In this document: positions 1-13,100 of the stretch, piece after piece
Position numbering within the stretch: position 1 is the first letter of the stretch
How the letters are laid out: each line of letters starts with the position of its first letter
Assembly (NCBI GenBank): GCA_012295275.1
Contig: CM022679.1
Coordinates: forward strand, 9,858,001-9,922,000
Length of the DNA: 64,000 nt
Direction: 5' to 3'
Origin: Chrysomallon squamiferum
Lineage: Eukaryota > Animalia > Mollusca
Position numbers and translations under genes: made by a program
Notes under the pieces: generated by a model
Told to the model about the DNA's origin: nothing
Database searches by the model: none
What the model saw: the letters and a program-made list of their open reading frames with translations, nothing else

Positions 1-119
1 CCAAATGGTGATGCTGAATTGACAGTCACAGTGGCAACATCCATAGCACTAGTTATAAATGATGCTAACCTGACATACATGTTGGACATGTCATTTGCCT
101 GGTTATTTGCCATGATCAT
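1..119 (-). CDS. Possible first coding exon of a divergent gene running off the left edge (BIR/IAP-like N-terminus is a guess)
   Basis: Minus-strand acceptor at 193-192, then an open frame MIMANNQANDMSNMYVRLASFITSAMDVATVTVNSASPF to the window edge. A minus-strand GTAAGA donor at 1239 could end a non-coding first exon. Confidence 0.35.
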   Translation of the reverse strand, partial: MIMANNQANDMSNMYVRLASFITSAMDVATVTVNSASPF

Positions 120-968
120 AGAATATCTTAAAACAGTAACACAAAGATATCTTTATGGGTCTGGAAGACTCTTTGAATGAATTTTCCAAATCTATCAACC
201 AAAACAATAGTTAAAACTCCATGCTAAAATGTTATGGTTTTAGCTTCCGGTGCTTGGTTTTCCCCTTATATATTTATGCACCCCAAAATCTATTTCTGAC
301 AAGTAGACAGCATGAGAATCAAAATAGAAATGAAATAAATGAAAAATATATTATTTATTTCATGGTTCTATGACAGAATTATTTATTATGATTTATTTAT
401 TTATTTATTTATTTATTTATTAGATTTAAGCGGAGAGGTGTTTCAAGTTTAATATTTGCTGCCGTTTCACATCTAAAAAGGAAAATGTTCTTTCTACAAG
501 ATTTTAAAATTATGCCAATTACCCACATAATCTAATGAACGTAAAATACTATTCTGTTTGATCCGACAATATTTTAATATTTAATCAAATAGATGTGTGG
601 ACTCCTTCTTGATATTAACAGAGGGATAATAGTGGTTATATGTTAAATATAATGTCTTTCTTTATGACTGATTTTCGAAGAGCAGTTTCTGTTCATGTGA
701 GAAACAATAAACACAGAGTGACGGTTTAGCAAGGTTTACTCAATCCAAGGAAGAATATTTCTGAAAAAATCATTTTAGATAGTTTCATTTAGCGTCATTT
801 GATTCCGCAAGGAAAATCACAGAAGAACACTACTAATCTATTAATCAACAGTGACACAACGATGATAATCGGCATTATAAACCATATAAAATAAAGTTAT
901 CTGTTGTAACAAGTTACAATTTTCTCTAATTAAGGATGCTCTGGGTTGATTTTTGTAGTAGTAGTTGT

Positions 969-1003
<35 letters not shown>

Positions 1004-1412
1004 ATAATAATAATAATATTGAACAATTATAATAAAAATAAAACTATCAGCAATATCAGATACTAACAGGCTGAAAATTAAAATAAATTAGAATTTGTAC
1101 TGCTATCTTAACATATGATTTGTTAATTTCCGGAAAATTTAGTGGGCAACATCTAAAGAAGACACATTACATATTACAATGAGAATTATAAATAGTTAAA
1201 CCATGGTATATATAATGGAGTTTCCTTTTAACTTCTTACGTCTGCTTATATTTGCAATCTAGTTTTCAACAAAAGTTTGGTTTTGTTAACGAGACCCTTC
1301 CACACTTTAACAGTTTTATGTTTGTAAGAAATTTATCTCAGAGGTTATTGTTTGTTTTAAGAAGATGTTTCATTCATTTATATTTCTTTTCTTCTTCTTC
1401 TTCTTCTTCTTC

Positions 1413-1456
<44 letters not shown>

Positions 1457-1919
1457 CTCTTTTACCAACCACAAAAATTACTGTTCATCGATCTTCATAA
1501 TTTAAAAAAAAAATAATAAATAAATAAATGAATAACAAATGGAAAACGTCTAGTCCATAATTTAGTATTATAAATGGTTGTCTAAATCAGTAAATTCATG
1601 GAAATGATTAAAAATCAACAGTAGTTATAATTTAAGTTCAGCTGCTAATAAATGTATTTGCTCGTGATTCGAATCAAGTCTAGTGTAAAGTTCACTCGTA
1701 TATGTATAATAGTACGACTGACCTATGCTGTCGTGATACCATGCAATTTAAAAACTCTAAAATATTAAAAACAATATATTTTAGAGGCTATTTTAATTTA
1801 TTATATACAAATACATTGTATCTACTATTCTGATACTATACATAAAATTTAAGACATTTATTATAACCATTACATAGTAAGTGATAATCAACAAAAATTT
1901 GACTTTAGATCATCACGAT

Positions 1920-2029
1920 AAGGTCAAGGATTAACAGAACCGGTTGAATTCGTGTTGACTGACCATAGTCCACGGGTTCCTGAATTAAACCTTGAAATTT
2001 TCATTTCTTGAAAAATTAACGATAATTCG
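1920..2029 (+). other. Probable 5' non-coding exon of ARPC1A
   Basis: Donor CG|GTAAGA at 2030. The ATG exon has its own acceptor (AG 2403-2404) 7 nt before the start codon. The 5' boundary is approximate. Confidence 0.55.
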
Positions 2030-2288
2030 GTAAGAATCCTATGTAAGCAATAATGTGTTTATTTAAGGCGGTAATATTACATGGTTGTTAAATATTATTT
2101 AAGGAAGTAAATTCGAAGTAGGAGTACACTTCCTGGTTTGTTGAAATTTGTCATGTTCAGTCTTATATTTTCTCCTTACGTATTTTTGTTCCTACACTTT
2201 TCATTTCGAAAATCAAAAGTGTTAAGTTTTAAATATCACTATATTTCAAGTATATATAATGTAAAGTTTAAGTTTAATATTATAATTT

Positions 2289-2329
<41 letters not shown>

Positions 2330-2411
2330 AAAGTATTGATATGTGTTTAGAATGTGATGTCTAAAAATTGTATTCAGCAGTTTTGCTAAATATTATTTTA
2401 ATAGGAACACA

Positions 2412-5400
2412 ATGACTGAAAAACATAATTTTGGTGTCACTCCTGTGACTTGCCATTCTTTCAACAGGGAGAGAAATGGTAAATATATTTGCCTTATTTT
2501 GTAAGTTATAAGTATTTTGTAAAGCAGTCTCAACATACTGCAATGAATTTTGCCTCTCCAAAATTGTGGGCTCTTCTTAATGATTAGAATCAGTATTATT
2601 TTATGTTCATTTTGCTATGGAAGTTAATATATATCCTTAATAATTACATCAGTTATAATTGTATGGGCTAGTAAAGGCAAGTACACTATGGGAATTCATT
2701 TTGCAGTCTACAGCTTTGTTAGATTAGGAAAAGAAATTAGTTCTGTTGAATTATAATAATTAAAATATATTTCACTTTTAAATAATTTTAACTATACCAA
2801 AATATGGCTTTCTTTAATTTTATGTATGTAAAATGTTGTTATATTAATCATTATTTAGGGCTGGCATTATCTCAAGATACTCATGAAGTAAAGATTTTTA
2901 AGTCTTCTGGAAATAAATGGGTTAATCCAGTCATTCTTAGTGAGCATGGACAGCGTGTTACTGGAATAGATTGGGCACCAAACAGCAACCGCATTGTTAC
3001 CTGTGGTGCTGTAAGTATTTTAAAAACTGGTCCATTTAATATTTTATTATGAAACACACAATTTAAAATCATGGAAATATTTGTTTTTGTTTAATTATTT
3101 TTGTGTTTAATCATTCTTATGAAGTCTTTCCAAACCTTTAATTTCAGTTATTAGTATTTCAAGTTTCTTTTTTTTTCCATTGCACAAAAGGAATTGTTTT
3201 GGCTGACCAATCTAACAAAAATGAAATTGTTAATAGTCTTTTGTCATCATGGTCATTGATTTTACAGATGAATATTGATATAATTTTTTTCCACAAAAAT
3301 AGAATTTTAGTACACATTAATTTTTGAGGATTATAATCTTTATTTTTTCATAAAACAAAACTAAAGAAATAAAATCTTTTCATGAAATATTTTAAATCAT
3401 TGTATCATAACCTCTTTTGAATTAATTAGCTTTTTTATTTTTGTTTCTTATTCTTAATAACATTATTTCAACTCTATTAATTGTAAATGTTTAAAAACAC
3501 AGCAGATTTCTTTACAAGACAACTGATAACCAGAGCAGGATTAAGATTTTCTAGTACCCAAGACAACCTGCACTGCAAGGGCCCCAGTAATATTTTTACA
3601 AGAGATAAAAACTGAAGAAAATGAAATAACTTGGCACTTCAGTGCTGGGCGTTTTGGGGACTTTTGCAAATTGAAACATGATTTTCTGAATGCCAGGGAA
3701 GCCTGTAGTAGATCAATAATTACCTACATCAGCACTGAAAGTCATGTGACTAATGCGCAGCAATTTTAAAAGTATGACGGAGATCTCCGTCATTCAGGAC
3801 TGAAGGTGTTAATGACTGGACGTCCCTTGTCTGCAGCCCCTAAAACCTGCAATGTTAAAAACTGTCATAATTTGTTTTTTTATATTTCAGGATCGAAACG
3901 CCTATGTCTGGAATCCTATAAGTGAGGGCAAATGGAAACCCATGCTTGTTATTCTCAGAATCAATCGTGCTGCTACTTGTGTGAAATGGTCTCCCAAAGG
4001 TAGATATGCTTTTTTAAACATGGTTCTCAGAGGTTTTTAAAACCCAGTATTTCAAAGTTGTCAAATTGTAGTATTTACTCGTAAATATCCGTAAAGTTTT
4101 GGAAAAAAGTTCAAAAATCAATACAAGTCCATTGAATAAACAAACCCCTCCCAAAAAACCCCTCAACAATATCATGAATATGTTTAGATAATTATCACAG
4201 TTTGTTTTTACATTGACCTTGCACTAGTGTTTAATGCAAAAGAGTATTTATTATAATAAAAATTCCATAAGTTTTCTTTATACATTATAACCATTAGTGT
4301 TAAATTGATGAATTGTTTACCCAAAGGTGAATGAAACTAGAGGAAGATTGAACACAAAATTATAAAAAAAAAGAAAAAAAAAAGAAATTTGATTATGAAC
4401 AAATGAAGCATAGTACTGTAATTGTTCAAGAACAGCTGTTTTCACAATTAAAAAGAAGAACTGTATTGTGTGTTACAGAGGACAAGTTTGCAGTGGGCAG
4501 TGGTGCTCGGCTTATTTCTGTTTCATACTATGAGGAAGACAACAACTGGTGGGTGAGCAAACACATCAAGAAGCCAATCAGATCAACCGTGACATGGTGA
4601 GTGGACAAGACGTCAGCAACTTGTTATGAGGATGCTTATTGGTCAGTTCTGGTTTTCAGTAAAACTACTTGCACATTTAGGTTTTTTTATTCAAGGATAT
4701 TCCCTGGATGCTATTAGTTTGTTGTTTTTTTTAGTCTTTTTTTAGTATTTGTTTTTTTAATTCAAATTATGATGGTTGAATTTAACCTGTAATTTTTATT
4801 AAAAAGTTCCCAGTGGATAAAGAATATGGTTACTCTGAGTGGGTTCCAGTTTATCCTTTTTAGTTTTATTCTTAAATTTTCATTATTTATATTATGATAA
4901 TAATACTATTATTTTCAGTTTGGACTGGCATCCTAACAATGTTCTCATAGCTGCAGGATCATCAGACTTCAAGGCCAGGTATAGTTGATTTAATCTTATC
5001 CTACTTTTATTAAAATTAAGTACCTCAATATATTTTTTGATTATCATTAACTAATAGATCTCCCATAATGGTCCCATTGAGCTCTTTCTTGCTCCAGGTA
5101 TATCAGATGCCTTGCTGTGTACTATCCTGTCTATGGGAGGGTGCATAAAAATATCTCTTGCTGCTAACTGGAAAGAATAATCCATGAAGTTGCTGAAATG
5201 TGTTTCTGCTCTTGTTATCTTGGTCTTTAACCATTTGTCCGACATTTATTTTAGTTATTTTATTCCCTTCTCCTCCACAGTATGTTCCAACACTTTGTTT
5301 TTATAATAATTTTTAACTTTAGGGTAATAACAGTATAACACACTGAACATCAGTTTTTAATATATCTTGTTATGCTTGAGATAGTGAAAATAATCTGGGT

Positions 5401-5654
5401 TTATTGTTGGTGAATTTTTCTGTTTGTTTGGTTTATATATATATACACATACAAACACATATACACATACAGGTGTAGTTATAGATAACAATTTTTCAGT
5501 AAAAAAGAACGACTAAAAAAAATAATAATAATATTTTAACAAAAATTCTTCACCTTTGTTTCTTTCAGACAAAACAAGTGTGTTGTCTTCTTTATATTAA
5601 TTATGTGATTTCTGTAACATTACCAGTCACTTACAGTTAAACTACTACTACTAC

Positions 5655-5685
<31 letters not shown>

Positions 5686-7078
5686 ATATTAAATGTTTAC
5701 ATTGTTTCATCATTTTTATTCAGGGTGTTTTCTGGATACATTAAAGAAGTGGAAGCCAAGCCAGGACCGTGTTCCTGGGGTAGCAAAATGCCATGGGCTA
5801 CCCTCATGGTAGAGTTCTCTAATGGAGGAGGTTGGAAAAATATATTTATAATTTGTTTTATTTAATTTGATAATTTTCTATCTTTTTGTTTTCGTTATTA
5901 TTGTTGTTACGTTTTTGTGTTCTTTCTTTGTTTTTTTTTGTTTGAATGTGTTATTTTTTTTCTTGTTGTTACTGTTGAGTTGTTTTGTTGGGGGGGTCAA
6001 ATTGCTTGATTTTTTTAAAACACTTTTGTTGTTTACAAATTTATTTTTTTTAAATTATTTAAAAAATTTAAAATTAGTTGATTTTATTTATTTATAATTT
6101 TTGTTATTTGTATTATCTATCAATATTTTTTAATTTTTATATTTTGTTTATTATTTTATTTTATTTTATTTTATTTTATTTTATTTTATTTATTATTATT
6201 TTATTTTATTTTATTTTATTTAATTTTATTATTATTTAATTTTATTTTATTTTATTTTACTTTACTTTATTTTATTTTATTTTATTTTATTTTATTTATT
6301 ATTATTTAATTTTATTTAATTTTATTTTATTTTATTTTATTTTATTTTATTTTATTATTATTATTATTATTTTCTGCTCATACCACTCTTTGCTTGTGAT
6401 TTTATTTACTGCATGACTGAACAAATGATCTATCCAGTTACACCATCCAGTATGTTTGGATATGACATTTTATTTTAATTTATTTATTTTATTTTATTTC
6501 ATTTTATTTCATTTTATTTCATTTTTTTTTTTTTTTTTTCTCTCAAAGCGATGATTTCTGGTAATTATTTACTGGCATAATAATTGTTATACACATAATT
6601 GTCTGGTTGACACTGGAGAATATGTGATATTATTCATAATTTTATTTTTCATCAGATAAGAATGAAAAAAAAAAATGCAGCATGTTTTTAATACAACGTA
6701 CTTAATAATTTCAAAATCATTTGGAATTAGAATTAAAGAAGCATTAAAGTAAATTCACCTGTTTTCATTAAATAAGTGTGTGTGTGTGTGTGAGAGAACA
6801 GCAGATGTTGGTGCTTATTAAGAAAAACAGCACTTCTAAGTAAACAATTTAGAGACAATCACCATTGTTCTATTATTTTTTTTTTACTTTGTCATTTTAA
6901 CAATTTAAATTGTGTTGAGTATCACAGATACTTATTTTATTTATGTTACAGTAAATTTAATTTAATGATTTAAACAGTTTTTAAAACAAGAACAAAACTA
7001 GAACTTTTGTTCTTAGTTTTCTGTTTTCTTTTCCTTTACTTTATTTTTTCCTTTCCTTTCCTTTACTTTACTTTACTT

Positions 7079-7129
<51 letters not shown>

Positions 7130-10128
7130 CCTTTTGTTGTGTTTTGTTCTGTGTGTTTATATTTGTTTTCATGTCAATATGTGTAATTTTATTTTCAGGT
7201 ATTGCCTGTAAGTCATTTTGTTACCTATAATAGTTTACATCATTTTTTATTTTTCTGGGGTCATATACATATATATATATATAAGCCTTGCCTAAATAGC
7301 ATTAACACATATAGATGTATATGGTGCATTTTGAAAATCTTTATTTCACTTACAAATGTGCAAATCATTCTATTCAAATTCAGATTTATTATTCAGTATA
7401 CATTTTATTTATATTTAAATATTTTATTTATTTATTCATGTATTTATTATTATTATTATTTTTATTATTATTACTATTATTATTTTTATTATTATTATTT
7501 ATTCATTCATTTATTTAATTATTTATTTTACTTCTAAGTTATATACATATATAAAGTTTTTGTTTTTCATTTCTCAATTATTATTTTTTAAATAACTTTT
7601 TGCCTGCTATTAGCACATATTGAAAAAACATATCAGAAATAAAACAGAACTAACAGATAAAAAAAACTGTAGCTTTTGCCTGATTAATAAGAAAACTTAA
7701 TTTAATTTAAAATACAAACTGCATTAATGCTCATTTTAGCTCTGGTGTATGATGATTACCTATGTATATAAATACATTTTTACTGAAAATCCATGGTACT
7801 TTATTTCTCTTTACATTTCACTCTCTTTTAAATATAATTTACTCATAGGAATTGTATAAAATTTACAGATAGATTTAAATCAATCTTCAGTCTTTCTCAT
7901 GTGGATGCCAGCACATTTGCATGGAAAATTTCTCTTAACTGTGTTTTTTGCAAATGTCTTTTGTGAAAATTCTTTGAGAATGTTTAACATGTTCCACACT
8001 TGACTCAAGTCTTATTATTAAAACCACAAAATGGTTCTTTTTCAGATTTGCTAAAAAATACAGAGTATCAATATGGATTATTTATTGTGTATATGGAATC
8101 ATATTTCTGACTCTGTCAAATAAACTTGATACTAAACAAAAAAACAAAATAATAATAAATAAATAATTTTAAAAAATAAAAGAAAATAAAGGAAAAGAAA
8201 AGAAATTAAGAGAATATTTTTCTCTGTTTCTACTAATTTGAAAATACCTGGAAACATTCAAGGGACCAGATTTCCTGTGAAACAAATTTAATATTTCCAA
8301 TAAAAAAAAAGGTGTTGACAAATTATTCAGAATCAAAAACTGAAAGCAGTTCAATTCAAAACTTGCAGAAAAATAATTTATCAAGTTTTATTATTTTCTA
8401 TAACCAGAATTTGAGATTTATTCAGTTTATTTGTCAGAGTTTGAGAATTGAGGTTTCCAAAATATATCCAGTTTAACTAATGTAAATATATTAAAATATA
8501 TTTATATAAATTTTATAATTCTAAAACATGAATGACATCAGTCCTGAAACTAAAATGTCAAATAACCCATATACCCAAAGATTAAACATAAAATAAAATA
8601 GAAGATAATTATGACTTTTAGTTTTAATTTTTTTTATATAAATTAGATTGTAGCGTTCTATATTCAGCAGTTTAGTTAGCATATTTGATCCATTATTGAT
8701 TAAAGTTTTATATTATGGATACTTACAGTTTATCCAAAGTTGCTTGAAATAGAAAAAGAAAAGCTGAATTCTATTTTTTTATATATATCATTTTTATTAC
8801 ATTATTTATTTATTTTTGTTACAGTTTTTTGTTGTTGTTGTTGTTATTATTAACAATTAAAATGAAAAAAGGGTGATAGTTATAACTGAATTTACTTCAT
8901 GAAATACTTTTGTATAATTAACATCTGGTGAAGTTATTTTTTTATCATTATTATTATTGATATTATTTATCAAATTATTTAATTTTGTTTTTATTGATTT
9001 ATTTTATTATTATTATTTATTTATTTATTTATTTATTTTTTTCTTATTTTTTTCTTCTAATAAAGTTACCCCAACTAAATACCATTAATGTTTTTCTTAT
9101 TTTTTTTCTCTCCCTTACTGGTTGTATTATCTACAATAATTCTGTATATTGTTCACATGAATTTTTTTCATTTTAACACTGTTATTTTGTTTAGAATGTA
9201 GCATTAGCTAGGTCAGCCATATTGCAGAGAGCACATGTAAAATTATGTTTATCCTATTCTGTAAAATTGCTTTGGTATTTTAAATACAATGAACACACAC
9301 ACACACACACACATGTACACACTCATAAAATTGCACAAATTTCAACATTAGTAACACACAATATACATATACACAGAGACAGACAGACAGACAGACAGAC
9401 ACCCATATATATTTATTTAAACACACACACACACACACACTCACACACACATATACAGATATATACACACACATTTTGAAATATCTGAATATTCATATGT
9501 TTGAAAACTGTAAAACCATCTGTAATTGTTACTTTCTGTCTGTACAACAGGTGGCTGGGTTCACTCTATCTCGTTTTCTCCCAGCGGTGACCGTTTGGCC
9601 TGGGTTGGACACGACTCCAGTTTATCTGTTGTTGATGCCAAGAATGGTCAGAAGTCAGTATTAGATTTTTTTTTTTTTGATATAGCTTTACATAGCCTAA
9701 ATCTTTTCTTCTTTTTTTTCAAAAAATTGTTTCTCTTAATTTTGTTGTTTAAAGGAAGGTTTTGGGGGTGTTTTTTATTTAGTTTTACACATATATAATT
9801 TGTTTTTTTTCATTTTAATTTATTTGTTGCCTGCTATATATACATGCATACATACAGACATTCATATATATGTAAAGAAAATGAATTTTTAAATAAATTT
9901 TATTATTTTTATTTCTTTTTTTTAAATTATTTCTATAATCATATCTGTTTTAATATTGAGATATTTGTTTACATTATTTATTTATTTATTTATTTTCTAG
10001 ACTGGCCATTGTTAAGGACAGTTTTCTGCCTTTCATGGGAGTCACCTGGGTTACAGAAAACAGCCTTATTGCTGGGGTAAGCTTAAACAACTTTTTAATA
10101 TTTTTTATATTTAATTTCATATATGATA

Positions 10129-10159
<31 letters not shown>

Positions 10160-13100
10160 ATTGATTTTATTTTTTTTTTCATTTCATGGTATATGACCAT
10201 TGAAACTTTTTATTTTTTTATTTGTTACTATTAATGTTTTTATATATGCAGAATTTCAATTTTCACATATTATTTCTGTTTAAACTTTGATAATTAAAAA
10301 GCTGATTTAAAAAAAAAAATTATTTATTTGTTATCATTAATAGTAGTAGCAGTACTTGTAATAGTGGTAGAGGTAATAGTAGTAGTGTTTTAAATTCAAA
10401 CATTTTATTACATTGACCAGTATATTATTATATTAAATTCACCTATTTTTAACCAGCTGTAGCAGTCAAGCATATATTAAGAAATTTTTATGATGAAAAT
10501 AAATACATTTTACACTTCAAAATAATTAATAATTATTAATTATGACTGTTAAAATATTTATTCATGTTACATATTATGACAGGGCTACGACTGTAATCCA
10601 ATGGTCTTCACTTACACAGACAGTGGATCTTTGTCACTGGTCAGCAAACTGGACATTCCACAACAAAAAGAATCTGGACAAATAAGGTATACGTTTTTTT
10701 CTAAATGTTTTTTAATTTTTTTTTTACAACTTACTATGGTGAAATACTTTAAGATTCTAAATTATTGTTTTTTGTATTTCATATTTGTTTGTTGTCAGAT
10801 TTACTTATAATGATTTGTTTTATGTTTCTTTGCTTAAATGTCTGCACATGGTATGCTTTCTGTTTATTTTGTTTTATTTTATTTTATTTTTTTTATTATT
10901 ATTTTATTTTTTTTCATTTTTTTTCATTTTTGTTTTTTCCACATTACTTAAAATGTTACCCCACAGAAAATATTAATATATAATTATTTTGAAATGTTAT
11001 TTATGCTGTATTCATTGAGAAACATTTATCATTTCATTTGGATAAAAATGTGATTTTCACATAACATCTGTTTATTATTATTACAGGAATAATTTTTAGC
11101 TTATTTTGGTACAAAAAAAAAATTTAAAAAAAATTATTTATAAAAAGAGTACTGGATTACAACACAATTGTTGGCAGATCAAATCTTCTTGATTTTTTTT
11201 GGTTTCCAACCACAGCATAACAAGAATGTTTTTTAATATTTAGGGAATGACCAATAAAAGATCATTTTTTTCATTCATTCATTTAATTCATTTGGTTTAT
11301 TTATTTTAATCCATTCAACATCATCATTCCTTTAATTAATTATTTTTGTTCATCATTTAGTTTAGTTCAGTTAGTTCACTTTATTCATTTAATGCTTTTA
11401 GAATGTCCATTCATTGCTCAAGTTCATTCAGTTTATTCATATATTGATTTTTTTTTTATTTTTTTTTTTTTTTTTCATTTAATTACTTTGGTTTACTCAT
11501 TCTTTTAATTTATTACATTCATTCATTGCTTTAGTTCATTCAGTTTTTATTCATATACTGATTTTTAAAAAAATTTTTTTTTTTTTTTTTTTATTCACAC
11601 TTGGAGTTTCTTCATTCATTTAGTGTATTTATTTGAATATATTTAGATAGTTCATTGGGTTATTCTTTTCAGTCACTATTCAATCATTTATGATAAATGT
11701 TGTTTCCAGATGCAATAGCATTGACTGCACAGAAAATGGAGAATTTGATGAAATTGATGAAGAGCCTATTTCTATACAGAGGTTGCCATTCAGCATGCAA
11801 CTGACTGACTTGTTCTTAGTGTTTTTATTTGTTTCATGTAATCTAACAAGAAGCATGAAATCCAGCAGCAGAACAAACAAAAAATACTAAATAAATAAAA
11901 TTAAATAAATAAATAATTACAAAGATTTGAAGAATAAACATAAAAAATATATATTTAAAAAAAACAAACAAAAAAAACAAACACAAACTTGTTTTAATTA
12001 ATAAAATCTGAAGACCAAAATTTTGTAATTTAAAAATACGAGAATCTGTCTACTGGTTCTGTTTTAAATACATGTAGATAGATGTAAAAACATACAAACA
12101 TGCATACGTAATTAGTGTGTGATGTAGTGTCATCATATAGCAATATTAATTTGCCTTGTTTGAAAACTGACAATTTAACATTCAGATTATAAAGTGTTAG
12201 TTTATACTAAACTTCTTCAGTAGTACTAACCTAAAATTAATATTTTGATGATACATTTATTGCAGGTGCATTTATCATTTATCAACAGAGGACATGGGAA
12301 TATTTTACTGCTTGTTTTACATTTTTATTTTAATTTCATTTTTTTTTCATTTTATTTTATTTTTATAAAACAAAAGGTAGAGACTGTGACTGTGTCCCTT
12401 ATTCACGAGGCTTTATATACACAAATTATTTTTGAATAAATTCTAAGTGTGTTACTGTAACCAAGAAACCAGAGTAGTTTATGTGATTGACAGTTACTGT
12501 TAGTAACAATATCTGACAACTGCTGTCTGCAAAACTGGGGAAATTTGTGCTCTGTAGTTTTCTTTTTTTCTTCATTTTTTTCAGTTTACTGATTAAATAT
12601 TCCATAACAAATTATTTAACCTGGTTGCTGAAATGCTGTCATTCAGTAAATTGATAATTTTTTTAAGTCTGATGAATATGTAAAATTTTGTGTGTGCATG
12701 AGTTTTACTGAATTTACAAACAATTAGTTAAAATGTGTCTCAAAATAATTGTACTGCCATGAGTTTGTGTGTGTATGCATGTTGTTTGTGTATGTGTATG
12801 AACATGTGTGTTTGTACGTGTTACTAAATCCCATTCTTTAAATAGTAATAATAATAATTTGCTCTAATATTTGATTTAAATTTAAAAACCCAAAAGTATT
12901 TACTGTCTTTTTTCAGCATGGAGAGTGGATAAAGCATGAATTTAGGAAATAACAGAATTAAATGTTTTGTGTAGATTAACCCCAGTGAAAACTAAACTAA
13001 GCTGACAAGTTACTTTTCAAACTGAAAATGAACAGAAGCTTTAGTCAGTAAATTTTTAATGAAAAACTGATTATTTCCATTCCATTCTTCTTATTTTTTC

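Noticed and set aside
1-180. Plus-strand open frame PNGDAELTVTV...RLFE*
   Set aside because: It looks like the antisense shadow of the minus-strand frame, which has an acceptor and an ATG. Not fully excluded.
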